From the sequence record PQ015379.1: DNA of 64,000 nucleotides, one strand, 5' to 3'. A program made the translations under genes and the position numbers. The notes beneath the pieces are model-generated. The model ran no database searches, had not been told where the DNA came from, and saw only the letters and a list, made by a program, of their open reading frames with translations. Below, piece by piece: positions 28,937-38,776 of this stretch. Within the stretch, counting starts at the first letter, position 1. Every line of letters starts with the position of its first letter.

Positions 28937-30849
28937 TTACCGACGAAGACGAACCGGTTGTGGTTTCGACCGACGATCCACGTATGAGCGACCCGCGTGT
29001 GCCAACCCCGCACAGCCACCCGGACGTTCCACGCACCATGATTTCCGCTGGTGATGGTTCGGATAAATATGTGCTGATTCCTAGCACTGATCCGGTTGCC
29101 GGTTGCCTGCTGTTCATCACGGAAGAAACCGAAGACGGAAACTTCATCGCTGAATGGTTGCCACCAACCACCGAATTTGCGTACATCGGCCCGCGCCCTG
29201 CGTCGATTGCTGTTGTCGGCCCCGCTGAAAAAGTGCGTGGCGATACCAATCATGTTTTGCGCGCTGACGTGACCATGGACGACAACACCAAGTTCTATAG
29301 CGTGCAGGCCCAATGGTCTGTCGTGAACAACGGTGATTTCGGAACCATCAACGCAAATACCGGTGTTTTCCACGCCGGTTTGGTTGCGGTTGACACCCCC
29401 GTAACGGTACGCGCCAGCTGGACCCATGCAGAATCCGGCGACACGGTTTTTGTTGATTTCATCATCACCATCATCGGCGATCCGACGTTGGTTCTGCTGG
29501 ATCACATCACCATTGTTGGCCCTGCACAATTCCTGAAATCGCAGACCGGTACTTACACGGTCGAAGCGACGTTCTCGGATGGTTCGAAACTGACCGTTAC
29601 GCCAAATGCGTTCATTTCGAGCAATACGAACGCGGGCACCTTCAGCAACGGCGTTCTGACCCCGCGTGCGAACCAAATTCGCGACGTGAGCACCAAACTG
29701 ACCGCTACCTATGCGAGCGGCGGCGTAACGCGCACTGCGACCCTCGACGTGGTTATCAAAGACCCGGCTGTTTACCCGAACACGATTGCAATCGTTGGGG
29801 CGAATACCGTGGATCAGGATTCGTTCATCGATCTGAAAGCGCACGTCGTTTTCTCCGATGCAACCGAAGCCGACGTAAACGCGCTGTGGACCCTGAGCGC
29901 CACCACGTATGCGACCATCGACCAAAACGGTCGCTTGACCGCAAAACCGCTGACTGTTCCGGGCAGCAAATCCGTAACGGTAAACGTTTCGTACACGCAA
30001 AACGGCGTGACCATCACCGCGACGAAAGTTGTGGCGATTGCGGATACGAAAAACTGGCCGGTTTCGGCTGAAATCACTGGCCCCGCAACTCTGGCCCCTG
30101 CTGGCACCGGTCAATACGTTTACGTCGTGACCTACGGTGACGGTTCGACCGCCGAGAAAATTCCGGGCACGTGGAGCACTTCGAATACTTCCATCGCAAC
30201 CATTGACGCCGAAGGTGTTGCAACCGGCGTTGCTGAAGGCGATGTGAATATTCGTGCGAACTACAGCGAAGACGGTGTGAACCTCAACGCCACCAAAGCG
30301 GTTACGGTCGCGACTGGCAGCGTAGAAATTCCGCCACTGCGTTACGGCGTAGCGATGTTCTCCAACAAGCAATTTACTGGCGGCCCGATTGCCAGCGAAA
30401 TTACTCAAGAAGAACGCGATTATGGCGTGACCGAAGAAACTTCGCCGTCCGGCAAACAGTACACGCACTGGACTGGCCTCGACGATTTCGTGTCGAAAGT
30501 CATGACCAATACGCTGGCACTGCAACCGGGTGAAACCGAGAAAAACATCGAAACCACTATCACCGTTGACGAATACGTTTACCTGATGTGGGATGCTCGC
30601 GCTGGCGACACGTTCATCGTTGACCTGCAAAACTCGTTCAACGTTACTTTTGACGGCATCAATTATCGCAATGATGTGTTGGGTAACGAAGAGGGTCTGC
30701 CGGGCTATGATCCGAACCTGCCGAAACAGCTGACCGTGCAGTTCGATGACGGCACCGGCGTTCGTCCGTGGATTATTGTTCGTAGCGAGGCAACGACTCT
30801 TCCTGAGTTCAGCCCACGCACCAACCAATACTCCATTAAATACGTGTAA
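28520..30849 (+). CDS. Ig-like-domain fibre protein, 776 aa, requiring a -1 frameshift near 28831-28834
   Basis: The -1 frame continues the alignment to the 27865 paralog, then gives about 4 Ig-like (BIG2-type) repeats and a distinct C-terminal domain. Confidence 0.7.
28831..28865 (+). other. Candidate -1 frameshift signal (T_TTC plus hairpin)
   Basis: TAT TTC, 8-nt spacer, GCGGACCCGA-TTC-TCGGTGCCGT hairpin. Confidence 0.55.
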
Positions 30850-30854
30850 GTGTG

Positions 30855-30888
30855 AAAGCGGGGAAGCACGTTTTGTTCCCCGCTTTTT
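30855..30888 (+). terminator. Rho-independent terminator
   Basis: AAAGCGGGGAA...TTCCCCGCTTT plus TT. Confidence 0.8.
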
Positions 30889-30914
30889 CCGTTAATTATG
30901 GAGAATGTTTTCTC

Positions 30915-32582
30915 ATGGCCGATACTAGCTTTGAGGAACTGGTGCCCGTCCAATTGGATTTGATTGGCCCCAGTGCTCCAATTGCGGAGCGTTCGACTTT
31001 CCAAATGCGCGCTGTCGCCACGTTTGACGATGGATCGCAACACGAAGTCGAAGCCGAATGGTCGTTAACTTCCGAACAGTACGGCACAATTACTTTGCGC
31101 GGTTTGTTTACCGCTGGTTCGGTGCAAACTGGATCGCGGCCCGTGCAGGTGCATTGTCGGTATTACCATGAGGCATCGCAGTCCACTCTGACCGGTTTGA
31201 TCGTGATTTATGTTCGCGACGTTGATACGCCGCCTGCATTGGTTTCGATTGCCATTGAAGGCAAAACCGAAGTGGAGAAAAACACGGTTGAATCCTACGT
31301 CGTGCACGCCACGTACGATAACGGTTCTTCCAAAGCTGTGGTCCCTACCACATTCGTTTCCAGCCGCCCGAGTGTCGCCACAATCGACGCCACGGGAATT
31401 GCCCATTTCCAAAAGATTCGCGGCTCGGCTATGGTTCGTTTTACGGCCTCCTACACGGAGAACGGTGTAACGCGCCAATCTGTGACCGATGTTTTGGTTG
31501 TCGATTCGTCGATTTATCCAATCAAAGCATTCGTGATCGGCCCGTCCATTGTCCTCGAAAAAGGCCGTGCACAATTTGGCCTCGACGTGCTTTTTGACAA
31601 TGGTAAAAACAACGAAGTGATCGCCACGTGGATCAGCACCAACCCTCACGCGGGAACCATCGGGCCAACCGGTGCATTCATCGCAAGTGCGGTCGAAGGT
31701 GTGGAAACAACCACGATTATTGGCACCTACGAATATGAGGGAATCGTCACCAGCGCATCAATCGAATTGAGCGTTGTGGATTTGACGGTACGCCCTGAAT
31801 CTCTGGTGATTGAAGGCCCGGCCAAAGTGCGGGAAGGCCTTGTGGTGCAGTATTACACCACGCTCATTTTCAGCAACGGCACGCGGAAAGCTGTGCATGC
31901 AAAAATTCACACGCTGACCAGTGTCGGTTCCATGGACGACGGCAACCAGTTCCACGCTGGACCGAAAGTCGAAATGGAAACCCCGGTGAATTTGATGGCC
32001 TCTTACGAAAACCTGACGGCCTACAAAAACATCGAAGTTGTGCCCACCAATTCGCCGCCTGTTCGGTCGTATATCGAACTGCGTTCACCGATGTACGTGG
32101 GCGAATATCAATCGCTGAAATTCCACGTGGTTTATGAAGACGGGACGGACATTGTTCTGCCTGCCAAGTGGGAACTTTCCAATAACCATATCGCGAACAT
32201 TTCCAGTGCTGGGGTTTTGCACGCGGTGCAGGTAATGGAAACGGCAGAACTGACGGTTTACGCTTCGACTTCCATCAGCGGTGTTGATCTGCAATCGAGC
32301 TTGCCCGTAACCATCATCGACAATCGCACGTACCCAACCGACGCCCGTATCGAAGGCCCGCAAACACTGCGTACCGGGGTGCCGACACAGTTCAATGCGA
32401 TGGTTAAATTCAGCGATGGTTCCGAACGCAAAGCGAGCGCCCTTTGGTTCTGTTCTGACGACAACGTTTTGATCAACCTTGGGATCGTTACCGCAAAAGT
32501 GCCGGGCACTTATTTGCTGCAAGTTTCCTACGCACTTCAACACGAAACAGTGACCGCAACAAAAGAGATAATCGTGACATGA
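30915..32582 (+). CDS. Ig-like (BIG2-type) repeat virion protein (555 aa)
   Basis: GGAG RBS; about six ~95-aa repeats with (L/I)xGP..V.E..(F/Y)DDGS..V.A.W pattern. Confidence 0.8.
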   Translation: MADTSFEELVPVQLDLIGPSAPIAERSTFQMRAVATFDDGSQHEVEAEWSLTSEQYGTITLRGLFTAGSVQTGSRPVQVHCRYYHEASQSTLTGLIVIYVRDVDTPPALVSIAIEGKTEVEKNTVESYVVHATYDNGSSKAVVPTTFVSSRPSVATIDATGIAHFQKIRGSAMVRFTASYTENGVTRQSVTDVLVVDSSIYPIKAFVIGPSIVLEKGRAQFGLDVLFDNGKNNEVIATWISTNPHAGTIGPTGAFIASAVEGVETTTIIGTYEYEGIVTSASIELSVVDLTVRPESLVIEGPAKVREGLVVQYYTTLIFSNGTRKAVHAKIHTLTSVGSMDDGNQFHAGPKVEMETPVNLMASYENLTAYKNIEVVPTNSPPVRSYIELRSPMYVGEYQSLKFHVVYEDGTDIVLPAKWELSNNHIANISSAGVLHAVQVMETAELTVYASTSISGVDLQSSLPVTIIDNRTYPTDARIEGPQTLRTGVPTQFNAMVKFSDGSERKASALWFCSDDNVLINLGIVTAKVPGTYLLQVSYALQHETVTATKEIIVT

Positions 32583-33871
32583 ATATTGCCCTAGCCGCAT
32601 CGCCTGCGGATTTCAAGCAGTTCGAATGGATGTACAACGCGGGTAAAGCTTTCAAGCTGCGGCTGGACGATACCCCTGTCACAGTCGAGCCTGATGATTT
32701 GGTTGGTTTCCGCAAAGCAACGCGGGGACCGACTGCTGGCGCATATCAGGTTGTATTGGCCAAGTACCCGCAAAAGATTTACCGCTCGATCAAACAGGAA
32801 CAAATCGAAGTTTTCATCGACCAGTTCAAAGAGTACAAAGGGATTCCAGCGGCACCCAGCAAGAACGGCGCCCGGCATTCCTACATGCGCAAGAATCAGC
32901 TGCAAAATGATCGGCAGGAATCGCAGTTTTATGTGAGTCCGAATAAACCGAAAGAAACCGAGCACTACGACCGCAACGATTACCAGTGGCGCAAGGTGAT
33001 GCACACCACCAGCGTGACCACCAAGCACTACGGGACCACGCGGGCTTCCCTGAAACAGGGTGACGTGATTGGTTTGCGTTACCTGCGCAAATCGCATGGT
33101 GGCTATATCATCATGCCGAACGGCGAACGGGTGCTGATCGCCCACGACCTGTACGAACAAATCACCAACAATACCGACATTCTGCCGCGTGGCCAGCAAC
33201 TCACGGGCCTTGTAAATTTCGGTGAATTGGAACAGACGTTGCCGAAGCGCCCGGCTGCGCGCCGTATCAAAATCCCGATCAAACCGAAAAACCGTGATGA
33301 ACAGCGGAAGACCGGCGAATCGGAAACGGCGAAGCACGCCAAGCGTAACGCCCCATTGGTCACGCAGTTCGACTACAAAGATATCGACGCCGACTTCGAC
33401 TTCGAGCCGGAAGAAGAGGAAGAAATTCTGAATCCGATTGATCCGGATGAAGATTTCATCGATGAAGATACTGTAAATAATGGGGAACAACCGTCGATCA
33501 CCGATCTGGAAGACGAAGACTTTGAGGAAGAGGAAGACCCTGAAATGGACTTCCACAAAGACCAAGAAGTTGACGATGATGGCGAAGAAATCGAAGACGA
33601 AGAAGCAGTGTTGGCCGAGGAAGGTTTGACCCTGATTTCTCGCGATAATTCGAAGTGGATTATCGTATCGATTGAAGAGCAAGGCATGTCGGATTCGCTT
33701 GTGCTGTACAACCCCGACGCCAACAGCCTGCGCCATTACAAGATCCATGCCGGTGAAGACCTTCGCAACGTCAAATCCGTGACCGTTGGTGAGAAGCTGG
33801 AAGGCCCGGCGCTCGACAAGATCATGGAAAAGGCGGCTGACCTTGAAATGACCCCCGGAAAACGTCTATGA
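32579..33871 (+). CDS. Hypothetical virion/internal protein with long acidic region (430 aa)
   Basis: N-terminal MNIALAASP; D/E-rich segment; internal CTGTAAATA at 33471. Confidence 0.7.
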   Translation: MNIALAASPADFKQFEWMYNAGKAFKLRLDDTPVTVEPDDLVGFRKATRGPTAGAYQVVLAKYPQKIYRSIKQEQIEVFIDQFKEYKGIPAAPSKNGARHSYMRKNQLQNDRQESQFYVSPNKPKETEHYDRNDYQWRKVMHTTSVTTKHYGTTRASLKQGDVIGLRYLRKSHGGYIIMPNGERVLIAHDLYEQITNNTDILPRGQQLTGLVNFGELEQTLPKRPAARRIKIPIKPKNRDEQRKTGESETAKHAKRNAPLVTQFDYKDIDADFDFEPEEEEEILNPIDPDEDFIDEDTVNNGEQPSITDLEDEDFEEEEDPEMDFHKDQEVDDDGEEIEDEEAVLAEEGLTLISRDNSKWIIVSIEEQGMSDSLVLYNPDANSLRHYKIHAGEDLRNVKSVTVGEKLEGPALDKIMEKAADLEMTPGKRL

Positions 33872-35811
33872 AATTTACCCTTGAGCAAAAGCGTGCAATG
33901 CGGGCCAATCCACTCGGTTACGCAAAGTCGCTTACGCCCAAACAACTAGATGCCGTGTTAACTGAGTTGGACGACCGGTATCGCGACGGGAAAGAAGTTT
34001 TGACCGATGACCAGTTCGATATCATGGATGATTATCGTTGGTCGCAGAAGAAAACCAAGAAAACCAGCAAGAGTGTCGGCGGCGTAAAAAACGCCGACAT
34101 TAAACTGGAAGTGCCGATGGCTTCGTTGGAGAAATTCAACACTCTTTCCGAAGCCAAACGCATGCAGTTCATGAAGCACACCAGCTACACCCTGTCGGAC
34201 AAAGAAGACGGCATTTCGCTGGCACTCACGTACGACGGCGGTGTACCTGTGCTGCTGACCACTCGCGGCAAAGAAGGTGTGGTCGGTAAGGATATTTCGA
34301 AGGCGATTCCACTTCTGAAAATCCCGAAAAAGATTCCGTACAAAGGCCGGTTCTCGGTGCGTGCGGAATTCACGGCTGACAAAACCGTGTTCCAAAAATA
34401 CTTTGCCAAGGATTACAAGACCAGCCGCAACATGGGCGCGGGCTTGTTGAATCGTAACGAAGCGCAGGAATCCATGAAACGGTTCCGTGTGATCTGCTAC
34501 GAAATCCTGCTGGGCAAAGGTGCGGGTATTGCGTTGAACGAACAGCTGGCCATTTTGGAACGCTACAAGTTCGACGTGGTGCCGCACATCGTGGTGAAGA
34601 AAATCACCCAAGAATCGCTCGAAAAATATCACGATCAGCGCAAGAAAGAATCTGGCCGGGATATCGACGGCGTGGTGGCTACGCAGAACAAACCCTACAA
34701 GGTGACTGCCGGATATCCGACGCATAGCTACGCCGTCAAATTTAACAGCCTCGCGAATTCGGTTGTGATTCCTGTGGTCGATGTGGTGTTCGAAGAATCC
34801 CGCCTCGGTAAACTCACGCAGGTGATCAAGATCGACCCAACGATTATCGGTGGCGTTTCCGTGACCAGTTTCACGGCCCACAACTACGAATATATCGAGA
34901 AGGGTTACAGCGATGCTGAAGTAAAACGAAACGGCGGCAAACCTCCGTATTCCCCACGTCCGATTAACGTTGGTGCCGAAATCCGCGCTGTGCGCTCGGG
35001 TGACGTGATTCCGTACATCATGGAAGTGGTGAAAGGCGCGAAAAAGCCAGCGAAACCGGAACAGGCCTACGAACGTAAAGGCAAGTTTCTGTATGCGGTG
35101 CACGATGAAAAATCCGATCTGCGCACCATCAAAGAACTGACCCATTTCTTCACTGTGCTGGAAGTTGACGGCGTTAAGCAGGGTGTGATTACCAAGCTGG
35201 TTGACGCTGGTTACGACACGGTGAAGAAAATCCTCGATATGGATTTGGCGGCTATTCGACAGCTGCCCGGCTATGCTGATCAGTCGGCTAACAAGTTGCA
35301 GAAAAACCTGAAATCCACCAAGTCGAAAATGAATTTCCTCACGGTCGCAGAAGGCAGCGCCGCATTCGGCGAAGGCATCGGCGGCAAACGTCTACAGCTG
35401 ATTTACGATTCGATCCCTGACCTGCTGGATAAGCAGTGGGACGACCGCCAGCTGGAACAGCGTGTGCGGGAAATCAAAGGCTTCGACAAGTTGGCTACGC
35501 AAATTGCTGGCAACCTGAAAACTTTCATCAAATTCTGCAAACGCAACGGCATCAAATTGGTGGCGGCGCAAAAGGTGGAGGTTTCCGGTTCCAAGATGGC
35601 GGGACAGTCCGTGCTGTTCACATCCGTCCGCGATGCAGAAGCGGAAAAATGGATCATTGCAAACGGTGGTAAGATCGCCTCGACGGTTAAGCAGGCGACA
35701 CTGCTGATCGTTAAGGATGAATCGGCCTCGAATAAGAAAACCGCCGAAGCAGATTCCTTGAAAATCCCAATCCAAACGATCAACACTTTTCGCAAAAAAC
35801 ACGGAATTTAA
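33868..35811 (+). CDS. ligA: NAD-dependent DNA ligase (647 aa)
   Basis: Domain Ia (LDDRY..TDDQFD), KEDG adenylation motif, SRNMGAG, DIDGVV, TAHN, RSGDVIP, HhH region, C-terminal BRCT. Confidence 0.92.
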   Translation: MKFTLEQKRAMRANPLGYAKSLTPKQLDAVLTELDDRYRDGKEVLTDDQFDIMDDYRWSQKKTKKTSKSVGGVKNADIKLEVPMASLEKFNTLSEAKRMQFMKHTSYTLSDKEDGISLALTYDGGVPVLLTTRGKEGVVGKDISKAIPLLKIPKKIPYKGRFSVRAEFTADKTVFQKYFAKDYKTSRNMGAGLLNRNEAQESMKRFRVICYEILLGKGAGIALNEQLAILERYKFDVVPHIVVKKITQESLEKYHDQRKKESGRDIDGVVATQNKPYKVTAGYPTHSYAVKFNSLANSVVIPVVDVVFEESRLGKLTQVIKIDPTIIGGVSVTSFTAHNYEYIEKGYSDAEVKRNGGKPPYSPRPINVGAEIRAVRSGDVIPYIMEVVKGAKKPAKPEQAYERKGKFLYAVHDEKSDLRTIKELTHFFTVLEVDGVKQGVITKLVDAGYDTVKKILDMDLAAIRQLPGYADQSANKLQKNLKSTKSKMNFLTVAEGSAAFGEGIGGKRLQLIYDSIPDLLDKQWDDRQLEQRVREIKGFDKLATQIAGNLKTFIKFCKRNGIKLVAAQKVEVSGSKMAGQSVLFTSVRDAEAEKWIIANGGKIASTVKQATLLIVKDESASNKKTAEADSLKIPIQTINTFRKKHGI

Positions 35812-35814
35812 TCA

Positions 35815-36132
35815 ATGAACACTGTAACTCTTGTCCAGTCTATGCTGGCCCGTGATTACTCGTACGACGTAAAAATCGTGGAGCATCACGAAAAAGTGGG
35901 GATGCCGCCACGCCTGAGCCTCATGGTGTACGGCGAACACAACGGACTCGCAGTTCTGACCCTCGAACGTTCGGAAGCATGGGGCATTTCGGACGTGAAA
36001 ACCAACAATCCCTATCGGAATGTGAATTGGCCACTCGCCAGCAAAACTACCCCTGATGAATCCGGGGCCGTGGATCTGGTAAAAGCCATCATGGAATCCA
36101 TTTCGACCTATGATCAAAAGCGGGCCAAGTAA
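35815..36132 (+). CDS. Hypothetical protein (105 aa)
   Basis: ORF in operon context. Confidence 0.6.
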   Translation: MNTVTLVQSMLARDYSYDVKIVEHHEKVGMPPRLSLMVYGEHNGLAVLTLERSEAWGISDVKTNNPYRNVNWPLASKTTPDESGAVDLVKAIMESISTYDQKRAK

Positions 36133-37239
36133 ATGAAAATTGCCGTGTACGCAATTGCAAAGAGTGAACAACACAACGTAAAAGATTGGCTGGAAAATGT
36201 GAAGGATGCAGACGGCATCTTTGTGCTGGATACCGGCAGCAAAGATCAGACCATAGGCCTGCTGGAAGCGGGCGGCGCCGTAGTGAACCAAATGCACACC
36301 GGTAAAACTTTCCGGTTCGATCACGCCCGCAACGAGGCTATGTCGCTGGTTCCGGAAGACTACGACGTTTGCATTTCTCTCGATTTCGATGAACGTTTGT
36401 CCCCCGATTGGCGGGAAGTAGTCGAAACTCAATTCACAGAAGAAATGACGGCAGCCAATTACACGTTGGTGTACGCGCACGACGATCAAGGGAACATCAC
36501 ACTTTCCTATCCGCGCCTCGCTATTCACCGCCGCAATTGCGCTACATGGCAATACCCGGTTCACGAAATTCTGGTTGCACACGATGCAGGTCAAAAGCCG
36601 ACGCTGCCAATCATGGCCGTACACTATGGCCAAGAAAAGGAAGCCGGGCATTACCTCGATTTGCTGCAACTCGCGTTGTCGGAAAACCCGAACGACGCAC
36701 GCAACATCCAATATCTGGCGCGTGAATATTATGCGCTGGGCAATTACCAGATGGCGACCACGCTGTACCAACAGCACGTCGATATCGAAACTTCGGCGCC
36801 TTTCCGTGCCGAAAGCTGCATGCGTATTGCGCGCATGAGCCAAGAATTCTCTACCGCCGAATGGTGGTATCGCCACGCGATTCAACACTGCAACAACATC
36901 CGCGAACCGTACTGCCATTTGGCCCAGTTCTATTTCGGCCACAAGCGTTACGAACATGCGATTGCTTCGATCAAAAGCGCGCTCGATTTCGATAAACCTG
37001 ACTACGACATGATCTACGAAGATATGTATTATTCGGGGCCGTGGATCGATCACATGCTGATGGCCTGCTACCAACAAACCGGGCAATTCCGCAAAGCCGG
37101 GGTGCATCGTGATAATTTGTTAAGTATGTACGCCAATGGCAGCATTCCGGTCGATATTGCACGTGACGTTGTGCAGTTGAACCGCTCTATTCAGGAACTT
37201 TTCTATGATTATTGCACTAGCGTGGGCGTTCAAGGATGA
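36133..37239 (+). CDS. GT2-family glycosyltransferase with C-terminal TPR repeats (368 aa)
   Basis: IAKSE..VLDTGSKDQT..FDHARN..SLDFDE (DxD); YLAREYYALGNYQMA-type TPR helices. Confidence 0.88.
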   Translation: MKIAVYAIAKSEQHNVKDWLENVKDADGIFVLDTGSKDQTIGLLEAGGAVVNQMHTGKTFRFDHARNEAMSLVPEDYDVCISLDFDERLSPDWREVVETQFTEEMTAANYTLVYAHDDQGNITLSYPRLAIHRRNCATWQYPVHEILVAHDAGQKPTLPIMAVHYGQEKEAGHYLDLLQLALSENPNDARNIQYLAREYYALGNYQMATTLYQQHVDIETSAPFRAESCMRIARMSQEFSTAEWWYRHAIQHCNNIREPYCHLAQFYFGHKRYEHAIASIKSALDFDKPDYDMIYEDMYYSGPWIDHMLMACYQQTGQFRKAGVHRDNLLSMYANGSIPVDIARDVVQLNRSIQELFYDYCTSVGVQG

Positions 37240-38428
37240 CGATCATGTGCAGGAAATGGCGACGTGGCAAAAACGCCTGAGCAAAGCTGATTTTCTCAAG
37301 CTGTCGAAAAGCCAACGCGAACGTTACATCAAGTTGTACCCGCATTCGTCGCACCGTTTCCTGATGGGCAAAGGCGATCCCGACAACGTAGAAGGCGGCC
37401 AGCAGATGAAAAAAGCTGCGCCTGTCGGTCGTGATCGTTTCATGTCTGAAGATGAAATTCAGGAAAAACGCCGCAAGCGCGCCGAACACCTCGACACGCG
37501 GAAAGAGATTGCCGATTTCAATAAATCCAACGTTGCGGTAATCAACCCGCAATCGTTGCAAGCGCTCGATCACGTGAAAGATAGCCACCTGCGTGAAGCG
37601 TCGGACGGTATCCAAAAGAACAAAACCGAAATCGCGAAAGCCGTACAGCAACAGCAAAAGAAACTGCCGAAAATGTACGGCAAAGGGCTGCAAGCTACCC
37701 GCGACCTCGTTTCCGGGGAAACGCACCCGGATGATATGAGCACCACGCAGAAACACGCGATGCACCGTGTACTGGGCGGTATTGCAACCATGGCCCTTTT
37801 GGGGGCCGGTGTGATGGCGTGTGGTATGGCTGCTGCGCCGCTCGGTGTGTTGATGGGTGCCACGTTGTTCAACATGTGGGCCGGTTCGAAGCATGGCAAA
37901 AACCTGCGTGACGATATCGACGAATTGCGCCAAGCGCGTGAAAAACGTCGTCGTGAAGAACGCAAGTTGCAAAATCAGGCAGTTGCCAGCAACGATCAAG
38001 ACGGTGATTTGTTCACGCCGCACGAAGACGAATCCATGTCTGATGCAGATACTATCAACCTGATTCTGGATCACGTAACCGACCTGCTGAAATACCATTC
38101 AGTGAAGGATTTCCAAGAACACCGCGACGAAATGTTTGCCTCTGCATCGAATGCCCCGGATTTCCGCGATCTGGAATACATTCTGCGCTTCGCAAATTGT
38201 GCGAATTTCCAAGCGCTGGGCAAGGGTATCGCATTCGAATGTGCAGGCGGCCAACCATCGCTCGAAAAGCTTTTCCGTCGTATGGGTTATATGGTTAGCG
38301 CCAGCGAACAGGGCGAACAACGTGCCCTGCATTTCGACAACGGGAAAGGCCGTGCAACACTCGGCAATTGCGACAAAGGATTTTATATCCGCTACGACGG
38401 TGATTTCGATTACCGTACCGTTCTGTAA
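37205..38428 (+). CDS. Hypothetical virion protein with hydrophobic helical hairpin (407 aa)
   Basis: VLGGIATMALLGAGVMACGMAAAPLGVLMGATLFNMW hydrophobic stretch; MIIALA N-terminus. Confidence 0.65.
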   Translation: MIIALAWAFKDDDHVQEMATWQKRLSKADFLKLSKSQRERYIKLYPHSSHRFLMGKGDPDNVEGGQQMKKAAPVGRDRFMSEDEIQEKRRKRAEHLDTRKEIADFNKSNVAVINPQSLQALDHVKDSHLREASDGIQKNKTEIAKAVQQQQKKLPKMYGKGLQATRDLVSGETHPDDMSTTQKHAMHRVLGGIATMALLGAGVMACGMAAAPLGVLMGATLFNMWAGSKHGKNLRDDIDELRQAREKRRREERKLQNQAVASNDQDGDLFTPHEDESMSDADTINLILDHVTDLLKYHSVKDFQEHRDEMFASASNAPDFRDLEYILRFANCANFQALGKGIAFECAGGQPSLEKLFRRMGYMVSASEQGEQRALHFDNGKGRATLGNCDKGFYIRYDGDFDYRTVL

Positions 38429-38440
38429 AGGAGGCGAAAA

Positions 38441-38776
38441 ATGCTCACTTTTCTGAGTGATCCTGAAGAACGGCATTTGCCGATGCACGAACGTAAAACG
38501 GTATGGGTTTGTGATGGCGATAAACGCATTGCAACCCTTGCCGCCGTTCCAGACGAAAGCAAAAACCGTTCACACACCACTGCAATGTGGACCGCGAAAC
38601 TGCACCACAAACAGTTTGATCCATTCGACCACGATCACGAATTCGACGAAGAAAATCCGAACGTTCATGTCGCGCAATCGGAAGAGGGTCTGCTGTCGCT
38701 GAATAACCCGAATAAAATGGCAATTGCTGACGCTCGCCAGTGGGTCCGCGATCATTACACTGGAGGTAAGCAATAA
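38441..38776 (+). CDS. Hypothetical protein (111 aa)
   Basis: Strong AGGAGG RBS. Confidence 0.7.
   Translation: MLTFLSDPEERHLPMHERKTVWVCDGDKRIATLAAVPDESKNRSHTTAMWTAKLHHKQFDPFDHDHEFDEENPNVHVAQSEEGLLSLNNPNKMAIADARQWVRDHYTGGKQ

Noticed and set aside
30837-30915. Possible -1 fusion of the 28520-30849 fibre to the next Ig protein (ORF track start 30852)
   Set aside because: The -1 frame has TAA at 30837, no slippery motif lies in the remaining window, a terminator intervenes, and ATG 30915 has its own GGAG RBS.
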